Assembly: GCA_034723395.1 (NCBI GenBank) | Contig: JAYEOW010000007.1 | Location: 1 to 64,000 of the forward strand | Source: Candidatus Margulisiibacteriota bacterium | Lineage (GTDB): Bacteria; Margulisbacteria; WOR-1; O2-12-FULL-45-9 | Length of the DNA: 64,000 nt | Direction of reading: 5' to 3' | Shown: piece by piece, positions 1-11,050 of the stretch | How the letters are laid out: each line of letters starts with the position of its first letter | Numbering within the stretch: position 1 is the first letter of the stretch | Notes under the pieces: model-generated | Told to the model about the DNA's origin: nothing | The model's input: only the letters and a program-made list of their open reading frames with translations | Database searches by the model: none | Translations under genes and position numbers: made by a program

Positions 1-579
<579 letters not shown>

Positions 580-581
580 AT

Positions 582-1223
582 ATGCCCGTAAGAGAAATAT
601 ATAAGAAATTATTAAAACATTTCGGTCCCCAAAACTGGTGGCCGGCAGACACTGAATTTGAAGTAATTGTCGGGGCGATCCTCACCCAGAATACGAACTG
701 GAAAAATGTTGAAAGGGCGATTGAGAATCTAAAAACGGCCCACGCGCTACGTCCCTCGTCCCTGCTTAAGCTTAGCAATCAAAAACTAGAAAGACTTATT
801 AAGCCGAGTGGGTTTTATAGGCAAAAAGCGAAGAGATTGAAAGGGTTTACCAAGGAATATTACGGAAGATCAGGGATGAGCAGGGAAGAGCTGCTCAGGG
901 TAAAAGGAATTGGGCCGGAGACAGCAGATTCGATCCTTCTATATGCATTCGATAGACCGACTTTTGTAGTAGATGCGTATACAAAAAGGATCGGCCAAAG
1001 GGTGGGATTATTTAGGTTTGACGATTACCATGAGATCAAGGCGTATTTTGAAAAGAAATTACCCAAGAATCTAGAAGTTTATAAGGAATATCACGCCTTA
1101 TTGGTCGAATTGGCAAAGAATTATTGTAAGACAAAACCGCTATGCGGTGAGTGTCCGGTTGTAAGTTTATGTAAGAACCCTCACCCCCTATCCCCCTCTC
1201 CCAAAGGGCGAGGGGGAAAATAA
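582..1223 (+). CDS. HhH-GPD / endonuclease III-family DNA glycosylase
   Basis: GAILTQNT, KGIGPETAD, VVDAY and C-x6-C-x2-C-x5-C FeS motif; the last residues derive from a repeat. Confidence 0.9.
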   Translation: MPVREIYKKLLKHFGPQNWWPADTEFEVIVGAILTQNTNWKNVERAIENLKTAHALRPSSLLKLSNQKLERLIKPSGFYRQKAKRLKGFTKEYYGRSGMSREELLRVKGIGPETADSILLYAFDRPTFVVDAYTKRIGQRVGLFRFDDYHEIKAYFEKKLPKNLEVYKEYHALLVELAKNYCKTKPLCGECPVVSLCKNPHPLSPSPKGRGGK

Positions 1224-1294
1224 CGGTTACTCCCTCTCCCTCTGGGAGAGGGTTGTTAAGGAAAAATAGTCGATGAGGATAGATTGGGTGAGGG
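1178..1294. repeat. REP-like composite palindrome (CCCTCACCCC, CCCTCTCCC..GGGAGAGGG, GGGTGAGGG)
   Basis: Same motifs recur at 1-54, 4200-4265, 18010-18105 and 52400-52475. Confidence 0.75.
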
Positions 1295-1298
1295 CAGT

Positions 1299-1327
1299 TT
1301 GACCTCCCGTTTAATATAATGTATATT
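1299..1327 (+). promoter_or_regulatory. Sigma70-type promoter of trpC
   Basis: TTGACC-N17-TATATT, 8 nt before the ATG. Confidence 0.55.
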
Positions 1328-1335
1328 AATTCCCA

Positions 1336-2112
1336 ATGATCCTAGATGACATAATTAAAGTTAAGGAACAGGAAGTTTCAGCATTAAAGAAGAAATTCGA
1401 GGGAAAAGATCCGAAAAAACTTATTGAAGGGCTTCCGCATACCCGTAATTTTTTATCTGCTTTTGGCCCCGGCAAGTTTTCCCTTATCGCCGAAATAAAA
1501 AAGGCCTCTCCTTCGGCCGGTATTATCCGGCCGCTATTTGATCCGATCAGCTTAGCTAAAACCTATGAGGAGAGCGGCGCGGCCGCGATCTCTGTTCTTA
1601 CCGATAAAGAGTTTTTCCAGGGGAAGCTTGAGTATATCAAGGCGGCTAAAGAGTCAACTATTATCCCGATCCTCCGCAAAGATTTTATAATCGATGAACT
1701 TCAAGTGTACGAATCGAGAATTGCCGGCGCAGACGCGGTCCTTTTAATCAAAAAAGTGCTGGATGACGAGAAACTTGTTTCTCTTCTCAAGTTAACCGAA
1801 GAGTTGGGGATGCAGGCGCTGGTCGAAGTACATAACTCAAAAGAAGCAGAAAGAGTGCTGATGACCGACGCTAAGATTGTCGGAATAAATAATCGTGACC
1901 TGAAGATTTTTAGAGTAGATAAAAAAAATACGATCTCTTTGATTAAAAAGCTCCCCGAGCTAAAAGAGCGGATAATAATCAGTGAGAGCGGAATAAAGAA
2001 TAAGGCGGATGTCCAAGCTTTAAAGGGTGCCGGGGCAAACGGGATTTTGGTTGGAGAGACGTTGCTGAAGAGCAATAATATCCCAGCGAAAATAAATGAA
2101 CTTCTTAATTAG
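1336..2112 (+). CDS. trpC: Indole-3-glycerol phosphate synthase
   Basis: IAEIKKASPSAG, ISVLTD, LRKDFI, GINNRDL, ISESGI. Confidence 0.97.
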   Translation: MILDDIIKVKEQEVSALKKKFEGKDPKKLIEGLPHTRNFLSAFGPGKFSLIAEIKKASPSAGIIRPLFDPISLAKTYEESGAAAISVLTDKEFFQGKLEYIKAAKESTIIPILRKDFIIDELQVYESRIAGADAVLLIKKVLDDEKLVSLLKLTEELGMQALVEVHNSKEAERVLMTDAKIVGINNRDLKIFRVDKKNTISLIKKLPELKERIIISESGIKNKADVQALKGAGANGILVGETLLKSNNIPAKINELLN

Positions 2113-3070
2113 CTTAATTTTATTATTTATGGTTATTTCCCCATCAGTTACTTATGCTATGGGCGTTGTTCCTGCAACAGAAGAAGTAATAGTTCCAACG
2201 ATCGAATTTGTAGGATCGATCGGCTTGCCGGGAACCGGCGACGGCCAATTCTATTATCCCCGGGATGTCTCGGTCGGGCTTGCCGGTGACCTCGAAACCG
2301 GGTTGGGAAGCATTTTTGTGGCAGACACGGGGAATAATCGTGTCCAAAGGGTGCAGGGAGATGGGACATATCTTTATCAATTCGGCAGGTTTGGGACTGC
2401 TCAGGGGAAATTTAATTCTCCGGTAGGGATCACAGTCGATTTTAATCTCCGTATCTATGTTACAGAAAAAGATAATGACCGGGTCCAGCTGTTCGATATC
2501 CGGGGGAACTTCTTAAGTGAGATTGCTACTGGTGAATATAACTATCGGACAATAAATGGTCCAGCGGGGATTGATGTTGATACCTGGGGGAACGTTTATC
2601 TTGCAGATTCGGGAAACGATCGAATTTTAAAATTTAGCGATGTTGGTAGATTCCAGGAAGCATATGGCGGATTTGGCTGGGGGTCCGGTTTTTTTGATAA
2701 TCCGATGGATGTGGCGGTTGATAAGCATCGCTATATCTATGTGGCCGATACCCAAAACCATCGTATCCAGAAATTAGATTATGATGGACAACCGCTCTTT
2801 TCCTTCGGAAGCATGGGAAAGGAGCCGGGCCAGTTTTATCACCCCCAGGGAATAGAGGTGGATGACCGGTTTATCTACGTTTCAGACACCGGGAACGACC
2901 GGATCCAGCTCTTTTCGAAGCAGGGAAAATTTGTTGCCGCCTTTGGTAAATCGGGATCCCGCAGGGGAGAGTTTAACGGACCCGTCGGGATTGCTAAGGG
3001 GCAGGATAACCGGCTGATCATTGCTGACTCCGGAAACCACCGCATTCAGGAACTTCTTATTAATTACTGA
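2096..3070 (+). CDS. Secreted NHL-repeat beta-propeller protein
   Basis: Hydrophobic N-terminal signal; about six repeats of G.F..P..IAVD...YVADTGN.RIQ. Confidence 0.9.
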   Translation: MNFLISLILLFMVISPSVTYAMGVVPATEEVIVPTIEFVGSIGLPGTGDGQFYYPRDVSVGLAGDLETGLGSIFVADTGNNRVQRVQGDGTYLYQFGRFGTAQGKFNSPVGITVDFNLRIYVTEKDNDRVQLFDIRGNFLSEIATGEYNYRTINGPAGIDVDTWGNVYLADSGNDRILKFSDVGRFQEAYGGFGWGSGFFDNPMDVAVDKHRYIYVADTQNHRIQKLDYDGQPLFSFGSMGKEPGQFYHPQGIEVDDRFIYVSDTGNDRIQLFSKQGKFVAAFGKSGSRRGEFNGPVGIAKGQDNRLIIADSGNHRIQELLINY

Positions 3071-3095
3071 AATTTTCCCTAAAATATGCCGATAT
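3068..3095 (+). promoter_or_regulatory. Alternative-sigma-like promoter motif
   Basis: TGAAA-N15-GCCGATAT. Confidence 0.75.
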
Positions 3096-3120
3096 ATATG
3101 TAGTAAAGGAGTGGAGGATC

Positions 3121-3405
3121 ATGAATCCCGTAAAAAAATTCAATATCGGCAATTATAAAGAGGTCCTTAAAGAGATCGAAGAACTTGGCAAGTTCGATTG
3201 TCTAAAGGAGCTTGAAGATCGGGTTATTCAAGAGATCTCCGCGCTGGTGCAGGAGGGGACAGATGAGGCGAAAAGAAAACTTGAGATACTTGAACAACTG
3301 ATCAACGAAGAATTAGATTTCAAACCCCGTAGCGGCCTTTTAATTTCCGCGTTAAAGAATAGTATCACCGGAGCGATATCAGCCGCAAAATTTTCCCTCT
3401 TTTAA
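3121..3405 (+). CDS. Small helical hypothetical protein (94 aa)
   Basis: GGAGG RBS; clean ORF downstream of the promoter motif. Confidence 0.7.
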   Translation: MNPVKKFNIGNYKEVLKEIEELGKFDCLKELEDRVIQEISALVQEGTDEAKRKLEILEQLINEELDFKPRSGLLISALKNSITGAISAAKFSLF

Positions 3406-3429
3406 GATATGTGTTAAGATATATCCCTG

Positions 3430-4155
3430 ATGGCGAATGAGCTGTTAAAGATCGAACATATTGTTAAACAATTTGGCAATGTATCCGCAGTAAATGACCT
3501 CAGTTTTTCGATTCTTAACGGTGAAAGCCTGGGATTGGTAGGCGAATCGGGATCCGGGAAAACTACCCTGGCGCGAATTATCCTTAAGCTGATCGAACCG
3601 ACAAGCGGATCTATTGTATATAATGATGTAGAAGATATCCGCCGGGAGTGCCAGATTGTCTTTCAAGACCCCCAAACTTCGCTCAATCCGAGGATTCGGA
3701 TCGGTGAAGCGGTTGGGGAACCGATCTTAATCCACAAATTAATGCCAAAAGATAAAATCGCTGCTAGAGTTGGTGAGCTGCTGGAGTTAGTTAAACTTCC
3801 AAAAAATTATGTCTCCCGTTTTCCACATGAGCTTTCGGGTGGGGAGCGGCAGAGGGTGGGGATTGCCAGAGCCTTGGCATCGCAACCACGCTTCCTTATT
3901 CTCGATGAGCCGGTTTCCTCCCTCGATGTTTCGATCCAGGTGGATATATTAAAATTACTCCGGGAGATAAAAAGAGAGCTTAATTTAACCTATCTGTTTA
4001 TCGCCCACGATCTTTCGGTGATCGGTTTTATGTGCGATCGGGTAGCGGTGATGTCAACGGGGAAACTGGTCGAGATCGGCCCGCGCAGCGAGATCCTCGG
4101 ATCTCCGAAAGATCCTTATACTAAAAAGCTTCTAGAATCTACGCTGAGTATTTGA
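3430..4155 (+). CDS. ABC transporter ATP-binding protein, OppF/DppF-like
   Basis: GESGSGKT, LSGGERQR, ILDEP, FIAHDL. Confidence 0.93.
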   Translation: MANELLKIEHIVKQFGNVSAVNDLSFSILNGESLGLVGESGSGKTTLARIILKLIEPTSGSIVYNDVEDIRRECQIVFQDPQTSLNPRIRIGEAVGEPILIHKLMPKDKIAARVGELLELVKLPKNYVSRFPHELSGGERQRVGIARALASQPRFLILDEPVSSLDVSIQVDILKLLREIKRELNLTYLFIAHDLSVIGFMCDRVAVMSTGKLVEIGPRSEILGSPKDPYTKKLLESTLSI

Positions 4156-4199
4156 TCGCATCCCTTACCCTACAGTTATTCAGCTACAGTTCTATTATT

Positions 4200-4265
4200 T
4201 CTCCCTCTCCCAGCGGGAGAGGGACGTCTTGGATAATTGAACGAAAAAAATAGCTAGGGTGAGGG
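4200..4265. repeat. REP-like palindrome between convergent genes
   Basis: CCCTCTCCC-agc-GGGAGAGGG ... GGGTGAGGG. Confidence 0.7.
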
Positions 4266-4278
4266 TCGTTGAATTAAT

Positions 4279-5631
<1,353 letters not shown>

Positions 5632-5688
5632 TTATTATCCTGAGCGACGCCGAGCTTGTCGAGGCGGAGTCGAAGGACTGAAGCCACT

Positions 5689-5717
5689 AGTGTAAAGGAA
5701 AAGTACAGGAATTTCAA
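5689..5717 (-). promoter_or_regulatory. Sigma70-type promoter of eno
   Basis: Minus strand TTGAAA-N17-TACACT. Confidence 0.55.
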
Positions 5718-5732
5718 GATTGGAAAAATCTG

Positions 5733-5761
5733 GTGAAATTTCGGGAAAATCTACCGGATAC
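5733..5761 (+). promoter_or_regulatory. Alternative-sigma-like promoter motif
   Basis: GTGAAA-N15-CCGGATAC. Confidence 0.65.
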
Positions 5762-5765
5762 TTTT

Positions 5766-7988
5766 ATGATGGCGTACATTACAAGAAAAACTTTATCCTG
5801 GCGGCAAATCAATGGGTCTCATCAGAGACTTCTGGGAGAGAAGTGCTATAAGTTGGCACACTATAAGAAGAAAGGTTTTCCTGTCCCCCCTTTCTTTGCG
5901 ATCCCTAATACCCTGGTGGCTGAGATCATAAAAAATAATGCGGTTGCCCCGGGGATAAAAGGGGAGATTCGCGAGCAAATAGGAGAGCTTGAGTCGGAGA
6001 CGGGCAAGAAATTTGGTGGAAATAAAAATCCACTAACGCTTATCGTGCGCAGCGGGGACCCGCGCAACCTGCACGGAGCGTTGCTGTCTCTGATGGGTAT
6101 CGGATTGAATGACATTACTTTTAATTCACTGTTGAGAGAAAATCCCGGGAGAGAGAAAAACATCTGCCGGCTGTACCTGGATCTAATCTTTGATTTTGCG
6201 CTGCATGTTGGGGGATTGAAGAGGTCCCTGGAATATTTGCAGTTGAAGGCGGCAGATCCGAATCTGGGGCTCGTTGATTATAAAAAATTGATCGAAGAGG
6301 CAGAAAGATTTATTTGCCGTTATTCCACGCAGCATTCTCTGCCAAAGGATGTTTATGAGCAGGTATCAGGTGCGGTGATAGGAGTAGCGATGTCCTGGCA
6401 AAAGACCGAAGCCCGGGTGGCCGCAACTTCAATTGGGATAGACTGGAAGAAGGAAATGCCTTCGGTGTTTGTGCAGGAGTTTATGGATGGATCGATGGAG
6501 GATGCATTTGTTAGTATGACTACTCCCCCGCCTTTTGGCAGATATGTGCCCGGAACCTCGGGGCGCTATGTGATGTCAGGTACGCATAGGAAAAAAAACA
6601 CTCTTGGGTATCTGCAGGAAAAGAATCCCACTCTTTATACAAAGGTTATGAAATATGCTGACGGGTTGGTGGCCGAAGAAAAAGCGCCGCTGAATATCGA
6701 AGGAGTGATCTCCGGCGGCAGGTTGAACATTTTCCAGATTTGCCAGGCGAACCTTTCACCCCCTTTTCTGCAGAAAGCGATTGAAGAGATGGAAAAAGGG
6801 AACGTGATCTCGGGGGTAGAGGCGGATCGTATGACGATCGAGTCGGTTGTGCGGAACGACTTTAAATTATTCAAGTTGAATCCGGAAGCGAAATTCAGGG
6901 AGATCGCCCAAGCCTTGCCGGTCATGGGGGTGAGTGGATCACCATCACAGATGGCAATGTGCGGAGATCTGGCATTTACCGTTTCGGAGGCGTTTTTATT
7001 GAAAGACCGTGGGAAGCGGGTGATTTTCTTTTCTACCGATCCCCGCGATGAGAATTTGTATAAACTGCTTCACGGCAGGGGCAACAGAATTATCGATGGC
7101 CTGATTGCCACTTATAGCATTGATAAGCTTGGTTCTCATATTGTTGACATCGCAATGGCGGTCGGCATCCCGGTTGTCGCGTCCCTGAAAGATTATGCGA
7201 TTAATCCCCTGCATGAGATGTTTCCCATGCTTCAGCTTATGCCGTTTTGCGGCCATCGTCTATATATTGGTAATGATAATTATCCGCTTAATTCCGGATC
7301 GCAAATTGTTATCGAGGGGAGGTCGGGAAAGATACTGGTCACAAAACACTCCGAACCAATTGTTGAAGTCCGTACCGTTGTAAATTTGTCTTACGATGTA
7401 AATCTTGGCGGGCTTGTGCGAAGCATGCGCGATTGTTACCAGCCATTTTCATACGAAGATATTTTGGCTGAGCATGGGAAACTTGTTAGGCGGATAGGCA
7501 ATCTTGAGGAAAATAGAAAAGTGGTAAAAGACAAGGGGAAATTGGAGCAGATAAGTGGCGAATTAGGTTGGCTTCAGTCCAAAACGCATGTTTTGCACAT
7601 TTTCGGATATGAAAAGGGAAAAAACAAAGGATTGAGCAGGAGAGATATTGACCTGGACGTCGCGGTAGCGGACGGCAACCTTGGACGGATACCGGGATTG
7701 GAGAATAAGCAGATCGCAATAGAGAGAATTGAAGGCAGGGTAATGATTCTTATCGCTTCCGAAATCGAATATAACGGGACTTATTATCAGGAGGGTGACT
7801 ATGCAAGGAAAGACGCGGGCAGAATTTACGAAGCGGTTAAGGGCAGGGGAGTGACGGTTAGGCAATACATTAAAACTGCCAAATTTTCCAGGCATACTAA
7901 TCAGAGAATAGTTTATGGAATTGAATTAGTAAGAAGCGATCTTGAAGCGGTTGTTGATGTTTTAAAGGATTATTTTAATGAAATTTAA
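5766..7988 (+). CDS. Divergent PPDK-like protein (ATP-grasp + phospho-His domain, unrecognised C-terminus)
   Basis: LLGEK..L....GFPVPPFF, TGKKFG..NPL..IVRSG, IGLND, GSHIV...GIPVV; no PEP/pyruvate barrel. Start moved to ATG 5766/5769. Confidence 0.75.
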   Translation: MMAYITRKTLSWRQINGSHQRLLGEKCYKLAHYKKKGFPVPPFFAIPNTLVAEIIKNNAVAPGIKGEIREQIGELESETGKKFGGNKNPLTLIVRSGDPRNLHGALLSLMGIGLNDITFNSLLRENPGREKNICRLYLDLIFDFALHVGGLKRSLEYLQLKAADPNLGLVDYKKLIEEAERFICRYSTQHSLPKDVYEQVSGAVIGVAMSWQKTEARVAATSIGIDWKKEMPSVFVQEFMDGSMEDAFVSMTTPPPFGRYVPGTSGRYVMSGTHRKKNTLGYLQEKNPTLYTKVMKYADGLVAEEKAPLNIEGVISGGRLNIFQICQANLSPPFLQKAIEEMEKGNVISGVEADRMTIESVVRNDFKLFKLNPEAKFREIAQALPVMGVSGSPSQMAMCGDLAFTVSEAFLLKDRGKRVIFFSTDPRDENLYKLLHGRGNRIIDGLIATYSIDKLGSHIVDIAMAVGIPVVASLKDYAINPLHEMFPMLQLMPFCGHRLYIGNDNYPLNSGSQIVIEGRSGKILVTKHSEPIVEVRTVVNLSYDVNLGGLVRSMRDCYQPFSYEDILAEHGKLVRRIGNLEENRKVVKDKGKLEQISGELGWLQSKTHVLHIFGYEKGKNKGLSRRDIDLDVAVADGNLGRIPGLENKQIAIERIEGRVMILIASEIEYNGTYYQEGDYARKDAGRIYEAVKGRGVTVRQYIKTAKFSRHTNQRIVYGIELVRSDLEAVVDVLKDYFNEI

Positions 7989-7994
7989 AATAAA

Positions 7995-8023
7995 GTGAAA
8001 TTTATTTTTAAACATGGCGAAAC
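7995..8023 (+). promoter_or_regulatory. Alternative-sigma-like promoter motif
   Basis: GTGAAA-N15-GGCGAAAC. Confidence 0.7.
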
Positions 8024-8056
8024 AAAGGTGAAAAATATTTTAAGGGGGTAATTGAT

Positions 8057-9412
8057 ATGTTGGGGAAAGTAGGAGTGTTGAACGGGCCAAAAATTTATTG
8101 GGCGGCAAACGGCGCCAGGGGCGGCGCGGGAGTTTATCGCTCAACTTTTAAAAAATTGTCGATTTATGATCTAGGCAGCCGGATTAAAGGGAAACGTGTC
8201 CTCATTCGCTGCGATTTTAACGGGACCGCAAAAAATGGGGAGATCTTTTCACCTACGAGGATCGACGCGGCGCTTGATACTATAAAACATGTAATGGAGC
8301 AGGGCGCGTCGCAAATAGTACTCCTTTCTCATAATGGGAGAAATAAGCAGATTAAGGCGGAAGGAGAGGGCGTTTATACCCTGGAGCCGGTTGCCCAATA
8401 TTTAACTGGGCAGCTTGGGATAAAGGTTGATTTTGTGAAAGGATTTGGTAAACCGTTAACTTCACAAGCCGGGGTAGTTCTTATGGGAAATACCCGCGCT
8501 GACGCCAGAGACGAAGCAAAAGATCCGGCGGCTAATAAAGCTTATGCCGAAGAAATCCTTGCCACTACTAATCCGGATGTATACATTATAGACGGTTTCA
8601 GTGTGTGCCATCGCGACCAGGCTTCGGTTACCTGGCCGGCAAAATTGATGAAAGAGCAGGGAAAAGCAGCCGTGGCCGGACACCTCCTTGCTGAAGAGTA
8701 TAAATTTTTTATAGACAGCGTGGTAAATAATCCGCAAAAGCCTTTCCTGGTCTTTTTGGGAGGAGCAAAAGTTGAAAGCAAACTGCCGATTCTCGAAGCC
8801 CTCCTTGCCAATGTTGACCAGATTGTGATCGGCGGGGCGATGGCTTTTCCATTTATGCTGGAGAAGGGATATAAGGTTGAGGCAATGGACCCATTTGCCT
8901 CGCGCGAGGGGAGAGCTGAAGAGCTAAGCCGGGAGAGGGTAATTGCCGGAAGGATTTTGCAGGGAATAAATGGACCAAAAGTGATTATCCCGACCCAGAT
9001 AGTTGGCCGGGACAGGACAATCATTGATATCGACAGCAAAGATCCCGCTCCAGAGGGTTTTGTTATGAAGGACATTTTGGCTACAGAGCTGTTTTCAGGG
9101 TTGCAGGCAGTCGGCTACAAAACAATATTCTTTAATGGGACCTTTGGTGCATACGAGGAAAAGCTTGGAGGCCATGTTGAAGGGACTAATGCAGTTTTGT
9201 CTTTTATGGGAGATCAAACTAAGAAAGGGGCGATTACAATCCCAGGCGGCGGTGATACCATTACCGTTTTGAAGGGGCTTCGGAAAATAAGGGAAGTGAG
9301 CTTTTATCATGAAACGACCGGCGGCGGCGCCAGCGGATCGCTGATAACCCTCGGTTTTGCAGGTGATCCGGAAAGCCTGCCGGGGTTTGCTTGTTTAACC
9401 GACAAAGCATAA
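8057..9412 (+). CDS. pgk: Divergent phosphoglycerate kinase with N-terminal extension
   Basis: GKRVLIRCDFN, SHNGR, DGFSVCHR, LGGAKV, GGAMA, FNGTFG, GGGDT, TGGGAS. Confidence 0.85.
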   Translation: MLGKVGVLNGPKIYWAANGARGGAGVYRSTFKKLSIYDLGSRIKGKRVLIRCDFNGTAKNGEIFSPTRIDAALDTIKHVMEQGASQIVLLSHNGRNKQIKAEGEGVYTLEPVAQYLTGQLGIKVDFVKGFGKPLTSQAGVVLMGNTRADARDEAKDPAANKAYAEEILATTNPDVYIIDGFSVCHRDQASVTWPAKLMKEQGKAAVAGHLLAEEYKFFIDSVVNNPQKPFLVFLGGAKVESKLPILEALLANVDQIVIGGAMAFPFMLEKGYKVEAMDPFASREGRAEELSRERVIAGRILQGINGPKVIIPTQIVGRDRTIIDIDSKDPAPEGFVMKDILATELFSGLQAVGYKTIFFNGTFGAYEEKLGGHVEGTNAVLSFMGDQTKKGAITIPGGGDTITVLKGLRKIREVSFYHETTGGGASGSLITLGFAGDPESLPGFACLTDKA

Positions 9413-9433
9413 TTTTTAATATTTTAAAAAAGA

Positions 9434-9462
9434 GTGAAATTTTTTAAAAAATGGTTTGATAA
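9434..9462 (+). promoter_or_regulatory. Alternative-sigma-like promoter motif
   Basis: GTGAAA-N15-TTTGATAA. Confidence 0.65.
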
Positions 9463-9500
9463 ATAAGTGAGAGTAATTTTAGTAAATTTGAAGGAGGAAA

Positions 9501-10925
9501 ATGGAAATGGCAATTACAGCAGCAACAAGGAATATCAGGTTCGCGGTTAGAGGTTTCGGCGGTGAGATCGGAGATACGATGACCAGAGTTTTAATGGCAA
9601 TGAACAGGGGTAAATTTAGAGCTTTTAAACAGGTCACTGGTGAATCGATCACCGCTTTGATCAGACACAAAGAAGGGATGTCGCTAAACGCGACGGTAAG
9701 AGCTGATCGGTCATTTGCTAAACTAGAAAGAAGAGGCGCTCTGGCAACAAATACTGCCTCTTCCTATGCATATATCCCAACAATTGAAGCTGTTGTGTTT
9801 GATAAAGAGGTTGGTGGAAGGGTCCATATTCACGGAACAGATGGAAGAGTTCTAACCGTAGATTATAAGCCGGTCCCTTCGTCCAATGTGGATCGACCCG
9901 AACTAGATAACCTTGATTTCCTGATCGATGCTACCGGAGTAGGGCTTAAGAAGGATGCCGGATTACAGCATCCAGGACATTATGCCAATTATGATAATTT
10001 AACCGTACTTTTTAGCGCGCCGATTAAAACGGTAAAAGGAGTCCCTCATCACCTGAACGGTTTAAATCTGGTATCTGCGGAACAATTAAATGCTACGGGT
10101 TCTTGCTCGACTCACGCGGGAGTGGACGTTATTCGCTATATCAGGGAAGGAATTATGGAGAAGTTAGGACTAGGTGAGGGTGAAATAATAATCGAAGGGG
10201 GGCATTTTAATGCAACCCATTCGTTAACCCCTTCAGATGCCAAAGTGCTTCCTTATTATGACAGCGCTTATATCCCGCAAACGACCGGCTTTGGCAGCGC
10301 GGCCGGAGTTGTATACCCGGTCAGCCATATAGGGAATATTGCGGCGGCTACCGGCAGATATAATTCATTCTTTAAGCAGGGAGATGTTGAAGCTAACGGA
10401 ACTTCAATATTCTCGCTGGCGATGACCATCTCGGTTAAGCATAGGAAAGAACCTGTAACCCACGAAACTATCCAAAGGGCTCTGCTTAACGCAGCCAGCG
10501 ATCCGGAGGGGAGCAAACATATTGGGGTATTAAAAGATGTAGTTAAGTTAAAAACCAATAAAAGGGCCGGTTACTTTACCTCACTTTCCATCTCCGGCAT
10601 GCCTCAGACTGCAATCCTGTCAGTTGGACCAGATAATATTTCCGTTGTCAAAATAGGGGGGAAGAAGGTTGACGAGCAGGGGAACGAATTTGATATGTAC
10701 GTGGTTACGATCAATAATGTCGGATATGATAACCGGCTCGGATTTACTGTCGATATGCTGGACGAAGCAAACGGGATTACCGCTAAACGGTTGGGAACGG
10801 AGCTTATCCCCCGATTCCATCATGTAGATGACTTGGGCAATAACTTAGCCTTTATCTCTTCCACGGTTGGGAGACAATTGTTTGCAAACGCGGTAGCAAA
10901 GACCGGCGGGCAATTGTTAGTCTAA
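9501..10925 (+). CDS. Highly divergent glyceraldehyde-3-phosphate dehydrogenase-like protein
   Basis: GFGGEIG, IDATG, FSAP, GSCSTH (catalytic Cys), HSLT, IPQTTG, YDNRLGF; 474 aa, much longer than typical GAPDH. Confidence 0.75.
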   Translation: MEMAITAATRNIRFAVRGFGGEIGDTMTRVLMAMNRGKFRAFKQVTGESITALIRHKEGMSLNATVRADRSFAKLERRGALATNTASSYAYIPTIEAVVFDKEVGGRVHIHGTDGRVLTVDYKPVPSSNVDRPELDNLDFLIDATGVGLKKDAGLQHPGHYANYDNLTVLFSAPIKTVKGVPHHLNGLNLVSAEQLNATGSCSTHAGVDVIRYIREGIMEKLGLGEGEIIIEGGHFNATHSLTPSDAKVLPYYDSAYIPQTTGFGSAAGVVYPVSHIGNIAAATGRYNSFFKQGDVEANGTSIFSLAMTISVKHRKEPVTHETIQRALLNAASDPEGSKHIGVLKDVVKLKTNKRAGYFTSLSISGMPQTAILSVGPDNISVVKIGGKKVDEQGNEFDMYVVTINNVGYDNRLGFTVDMLDEANGITAKRLGTELIPRFHHVDDLGNNLAFISSTVGRQLFANAVAKTGGQLLV

Positions 10926-10951
10926 AACTGTTTGGTACGCGTAAGTTTAAT

Positions 10952-10984
10952 AACAGGCTGGGAGAGATCCCGGCCTGTTTTTTT
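10952..10984 (+). terminator. Rho-independent terminator
   Basis: AACAGGCTGGGA-gaga-TCCCGGCCTGTT followed by a T run. Confidence 0.8.
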
Positions 10985-11000
10985 ATTATCCGGGTAAAAA

Positions 11001-11029
11001 GTGAAATTTTGGGGCGGTTTTAACGAAAA
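11001..11029 (+). promoter_or_regulatory. Alternative-sigma-like promoter motif
   Basis: GTGAAA-N15-AACGAAAA. Confidence 0.7.
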
Positions 11030-11050
11030 ATACCCGGAGGATCTTGACAA

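Noticed and set aside
5733..5765. ORF-track GTG start of the PPDK-like gene
   Set aside because: The GTGAAA is the upstream box of the recurring promoter motif; ATG 5766/5769 is more plausible
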